Shown piece by piece: positions 59,311 through 64,000 of a DNA stretch of 64,000 bases. Source of the DNA: Prorocentrum cordatum (taxonomy: Eukaryota); the NCBI GenBank assembly GCA_963575745.1, contig CAUYUJ010000275.1, positions 1 through 64,000 on the forward strand, read 5' to 3'. A program made the position numbers and the translations under genes. Position 1 is the first letter of the stretch, and the number at the start of each line of letters is the position of its first letter. The notes beneath the pieces were generated by a model, which saw nothing but the letters and a program-made list of their open reading frames with translations, searched no databases and was not told the origin of the DNA.

Positions 59311-60610
59311 TCACTTCCGCCGCCTTCCGCCGAGCTTCCGCCGGCGGAGCTGTCCTGGTTTTACTTCCGCCACTTTCCGCCGACATCCCGCCGCCATCCG
59401 CCAGGGAAGAGACACCAAACTCTTCGATCCTCGAAGGCGAGGCCTTTCCCGGAGTGCCCCACATGGAGAGGAGGGGGGCCGTTTCTCTGGCGAGGTCGCT
59501 GCAACGCACCAGCCGCACCTCACTCTGAGAGGGCCGCAGGACTCCCGACGCCTTGGTCGGCCAAACATCCGCCCCCAAGGGCTGCTGTGCAACGGGTGAG
59601 GCCGTGGGTGCGCCTGCATTCGCAGAGACCAGGGGCCCGTCCTGTGCTGCGCCGCATCTGCGGGGGGCCCCTCCTGGCGGGTGCGGTGGACGGGCACGTC
59701 GGCCAGCGACGCGGGCGATGCCGCAGTGCCCGAATGAGAAGGGGCCCCGCAATTGGAGGCGGCAGGGGGGTCTGAACTGGATGGGCCCAGAGAAAATCTG
59801 CCAAGAAGAGGGGATAAGGGCAAGTCCGCTCAAAATCGGTCCCCGGAACCCTCCGGGGGTCCATCTGGTGCAATCATTGTACCTCGGATCCCTTTGTGAC
59901 GATCCCAGGGCCCGAGAACGGCTCCGGGAGGCCGAAAAGGGTGAGCAATCTTCTCGAACCCAGAACCTCGAACCACACCCCCCTCTAGCTGGCCGGAGCC
60001 AGTGCTAGGCCACCTCAGACCCCCAGCCAACCTTTTACAGAGCCAGCCGTCTGAACGCAATCCCTGCTAGTATTGCCCCTCTCATCTTGCCGTACACGCT
60101 ACTCACACGCTTCGTGTTTGTCGCGTGTTCGAATGGCTTCACTCTCTCCTGCTCTTACGTCGCCCGTGCTGCATGTTTTGATCTCAAGTGCTGCATGCCT
60201 GGACCTATCAATCTGGGATTGGGGGTGGGCGTGCGCCGGTGCAGTCGGGCTGCTGAAAGAAGGAACGATAGGTGAGCGACGATCAAAAGCGGGTCTTGCG
60301 CGAGATGACGCAGCGACCTCACGCCGCGGCTTACGCAGGCCGCCAGCGCGGCACGCTACATTGGAGACGAGGGCGCTTACGCGCGACCTTACGCGGGCAG
60401 TCTACGCGCTAATGTCGGCGCAGACGACCTCTTTTTGGGGCGTCGCTCAAATGAAGACGGAACACTGTTTTGGCCTCCGAAAAACGCCTGCGTGCACGAG
60501 GAGACTTAGAGGCACAGCCACGGAAGGGCCTGAGGAACATCGAGCCCACATCCGAACCCAAACTGCTCATTATTTCAGCGTCTTGACTGCATGGCTACCT
60601 TTTCCCGAGA

Positions 60611-60769
60611 AGGGGATCGACTACAGAATTGATGTACCCCAGCATTGATCTGTGTCAGTCGAATCTGCGAGTAGCACGTTCATACATCTGCGAACATCCT
60701 GCGTCTCCCTTCCGTAGGTTCGACGAAGATTCCAATTCTGGGTGATATCAATCCTGTAGTCGATCTCCT
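60611..60769. repeat. 37-bp imperfect inverted repeat enclosing 85 bp
   Basis: 60611-60647 versus reverse complement of 60733-60769, 31/37 identical. Confidence 0.75.
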
Positions 60770-61265
60770 ACAGTAGGACCTGGGCCAGAACAACATCCTT
60801 CAAGGACACGAGGCCCGCCGCCGGCCAACACAGACAGAACATCCAAGGGTACCCTCCCCCCCAGGATGCACAAGAGCATCCAGGACACACGGAGAACACC
60901 AGGGCACCCTCCCCGAACCGACCTCGATCCTATACCTCGGTCCGACTGCATCGCACGCTGGCCAAAGCTCATTCGCAGGAGTACCCACCGCGGGTCAAGG
61001 GGGCAAGACTGGCCACGGCCTGGGCACCCTGCCACGTCGTCCTGCCGACGGCCGCGGCCATCACCCTCCTGGAGTCCCGTGCGGACCCCTTGCGGATATT
61101 CTTGGTTACGACGGCAGGCTTGGACACGACAGCATGCATTCGGTACGCATTTGCGCAAACCTGAGGAACTGGATGATATTGGGAAAAAAAACCCGGTCCG
61201 ACTGCCCTCGACCTCCGCCCCGAGCCGCGGCGCGGGGCGCTCCCGGCCTCGGCCCGCCCGCGTGG

Positions 61266-61460
61266 GCCGCAGGGGGGGGGGGGGGGCCGGCCGGCGCGAC
61301 GCCTCTCCGCCGTCGGGGGCCCAAAGGGAGCCCGTGGTTCCTCTCGGGCCCTCGGGGGGCCCTGGCGCCGCAGGGGGGGGGGGCCCGGGCGGCGCGGCGC
61401 CTCTCCGCCGCTGGGGGCCCAAGGGAGCCCGTGGGTCCTCTCTGGGCCCTCGGGGGGCCC
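61266..61460. repeat. ~100-bp GC-rich tandem duplication
   Basis: GCCGCAG(G)n...CGCCTCTCCGCCG...GGGAGCCCGTGG...GGGCCCTCGGGGGGCCCT twice. Confidence 0.8.
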
Positions 61461-61964
61461 TCGCCTGCGCCGTCCCCTGGAGAGGCCCGCCATCGCGCGG
61501 ACGTCCCTTCCCCGTGTTTTTGCGCGGCGTCGCGCGCGTTTTTTTTTTTCCCCGCAGGATGGTCCAGGACGCTCCTGGATGGCCCTCGCCGAGAAAAAGC
61601 AGTGCACACGTCTGAGCGACGCCGAGGAGGCGGAGAGGTGCCCCAGCTCGCGGCTCATGGCCAGAGGCACGGCCGCGGTCCCAGTTGGGGGGGGGGTGTT
61701 AGCGTTGACCAGCGTGTGGTAGTCGATGGGATAGCGCCGATCTGGCGTCGACTCGCGGCGTCGAGTAGCGTCGAGTTCGCGTCGATTTGGCGTCGATTTG
61801 GCGTCGATCAGCGTCGAGTCGCAAGAGCGAACAAGACGGCATTGGAGGCTCCAGAGCGCTGCCACAGGAAGAAGAGGGGGCCGTGAAATCCGGGGGGATG
61901 TCATGGCCTCTGCCATGATACCCCCCCTGGCATCTCCCTCCCGCCCCCCTCTTGCACTGATGGG

Positions 61965-62310
61965 GAACGATAGGGGGGACCAGCTCAGGAAGGGATACCT
62001 CGAGCTGGAATCGGCGATACATCGCCGACAGATCCGCGCTAGGCCCCCGATAGCAAATGCGCACGTTCCTGGGCGGGGTGTGCCAGTTGCCGGGCCCCCC
62101 TCGGCGATCCCTGGGCGATTGGGGGGTCGATGCACTCCCCTCGGAGGCGATCCCCGTCACCAATGGCCTTCGGGTCCTAACTCGGGCCTCCGGAGGCTGT
62201 CCGGGTCGATCCCGGCACCCCCAAAACGCCCTCGGCGAGGAGCTGCTGTTGACGAGCACCAGGAGGCTGGAAAACGGCCGAGGTCTGACGAAAACGCAGA
62301 GAAACGTCGA
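61965..62310 (+). repeat. Dispersed repeat family X, copy 3
   Basis: Match to 13350-13700. Confidence 0.75.
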
Positions 62311-63476
62311 GCCTGTGGCCTACCCCGCCGCCCTCGTTGCCTCTGACCCCTGACCCCCTCTTGCGCGCCCCCGAGAGCAGGGTGAGAGGCGAGAGGCCAG
62401 GGATGCTCACTGCAGCGCGCAGCCTCTGCTGCCCCCTCGGGGGCTGCCTGCGCGGCGCCGCCGCAGAGGGATCGGGGAAGAGGGGCCGTGGAGGTGCTGC
62501 GTAATGAGGGGAGGCGGGAGGGAGGAGAGGGCGGGGCACAGTCAACCCATTGTAGGAAGGATGCGCGGAAAGGATGCCGAGGCTCTTCGAGCGGTGCTGG
62601 CCATCGAGAGTGGTTGAGGATGGGCCGAAGAGGCGAGGATGCAAGTGTACCATTGGGAAATCGGTTGACTGTATGGGGGAGGCGGCCGAGGAGAAAGGCG
62701 GAGAAGGACACGACACGATACGATACGAGTCGACAACGACTGGGGCCACGTGTCTCTCTTGTCTCACATGTGCAGCTGCTCGTGCCATGAAACTCGCGTA
62801 GGGAGGTTGATATATCTCAACGTATGGAGAAGGAGGAGGAGACTGAGGAGGAAGATGGAGGAGAAGGACGGAGGAGCAGGGAGGTGGGAGGAGGAGGAGG
62901 AGGAGGAGGGTGAGGGGAATTAAGAGGGAGGAGGAGGAGGAGGAGGAGGAGGAGGAGGAGGAGGAGGAGGAGGAGGAGGAGGAGGAGGAGGAGGAGGAGG
63001 AGGGGGAGCCGATCTGTGAGGATCCACAGGAAGGACCCTCTCCAGAATCGGCGCTTTCGTTGGCAACACCCCAGTCGACATGCAGGTGCGGAACATGAAG
63101 GTGCGTGCAGTCGGGATGCGAGGGACGAGGATTGGGATGGGGAGGGATGATGATGGTGGTGGTGGTGATGATGAGGATGATGTTGATAATGGGGATGACA
63201 CGGGAGCGGGAGAGAGGGATGGATGAAAGAGGAATACACAAACCTACGCAGATACTAATAAGAATCCGCCGGCCCCCTTGTGGGGGCACCAGGCTGTAGG
63301 CGCGGGTTCGCAGTTTCCTGTGCCAGTTGTAGCTTGTAGTTTCCAGTGTTACAGTTCTGCTTCTTGCTGGTTACTGTAACTAGTTGATTGACAGCGCGAG
63401 GGGGGGGGAGGCCCAAACCAGATTTTTAGCGTCTCCTGGGCGTGTTGTCTGAATTGCTGGGGGAGTTCGAAATCAA

Positions 63477-64000
63477 CACCCCTCACGCAGATCCGCGGGG
63501 TCAGGGTCCAATAACACAGGGGATTTGCCACATTTCTGAAATTCGGTGCCACCCCTCACGCAGATCCGCGGGGTCAGGGTCCAAAAACACAGGGGATTTG
63601 CCACATTTCTGAAATTCGGTGCCACCCCTCACGCAGATCCGCGGGGTCAGGGTCCAAAAACACAGGGGATTTGCCACATTTCTGAAATTCGGTGCCACCC
63701 CTCACGCAGATCTGCGGGGTCAGGGTCCAAAAACACATGGGATTTGCCACATTTCTGAAATTCGGTGCCACCCCTCACGCAGATCCGCGGGGTCAGGGTC
63801 CAAAAACATAAGGGATTTGCTACATTTCTGAAATTCGGTGCCACCCCTCACGCAGATCCGCGGGGTCAGGGTCCAAAAACACAAGCCACATTTCTGAAAT
63901 TCGGTGCCACCCCTCACGCAGATCCGCGGGGTCAGGGTCCAAAAACACAATGGATTTGCCACATTTCTGAAATTCGGTGCCACCCCTCACGCAGATCCGC
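63477..64000. repeat. Homogeneous 73-bp tandem satellite, at least 7 copies, runs off the window
   Basis: CACCCCTCACGCAGATCCGCGGGGTCAGGGTCCAAAAACACAGGGGATTTGCCACATTTCTGAAATTCGGTGC; one unit near 63883 is shorter by a few bases. Confidence 0.97.

Noticed and set aside
63477..64000. CRISPR array
   Set aside because: Whole 73-bp units repeat with no unique spacers and no cas genes; it is a satellite

Overview
GC-rich eukaryotic repeat-dense DNA, almost certainly dinoflagellate: a near-perfect dinoflagellate spliced-leader (DinoSL) copy lies at 53316-53336 (-). I could not support any host gene. The window is a mosaic of non-LTR retrotransposons (LINEs), dispersed non-coding repeat families, satellites and long microsatellites ((GGA/CCT)n, (GTC)n, (CAT)n, (TTA)n). 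It holds one almost intact APE-endonuclease/RT element (24109-28005), a full-length decayed RTE-like element (48146-53336), a decayed APE-RT-C2H2 element with an extra ORF downstream of the RT (16727-21846), several RNase H-bearing 3' fragments and a 5'-truncated LINE with an exact 19-bp target-site duplication (53352-55863). Most interesting: the RTE-like element appears to begin exactly with a DinoSL, suggesting a trans-spliced retrotransposon RNA was integrated full length, and a second LINE then inserted at that SL junction. Nearly all LINEs lie on the minus strand and all copies of each dispersed family are co-oriented. Most ORFs in the supplied track are artefacts of GC-rich, low-complexity sequence. 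All domain calls come from motifs read by eye; no database search was run.
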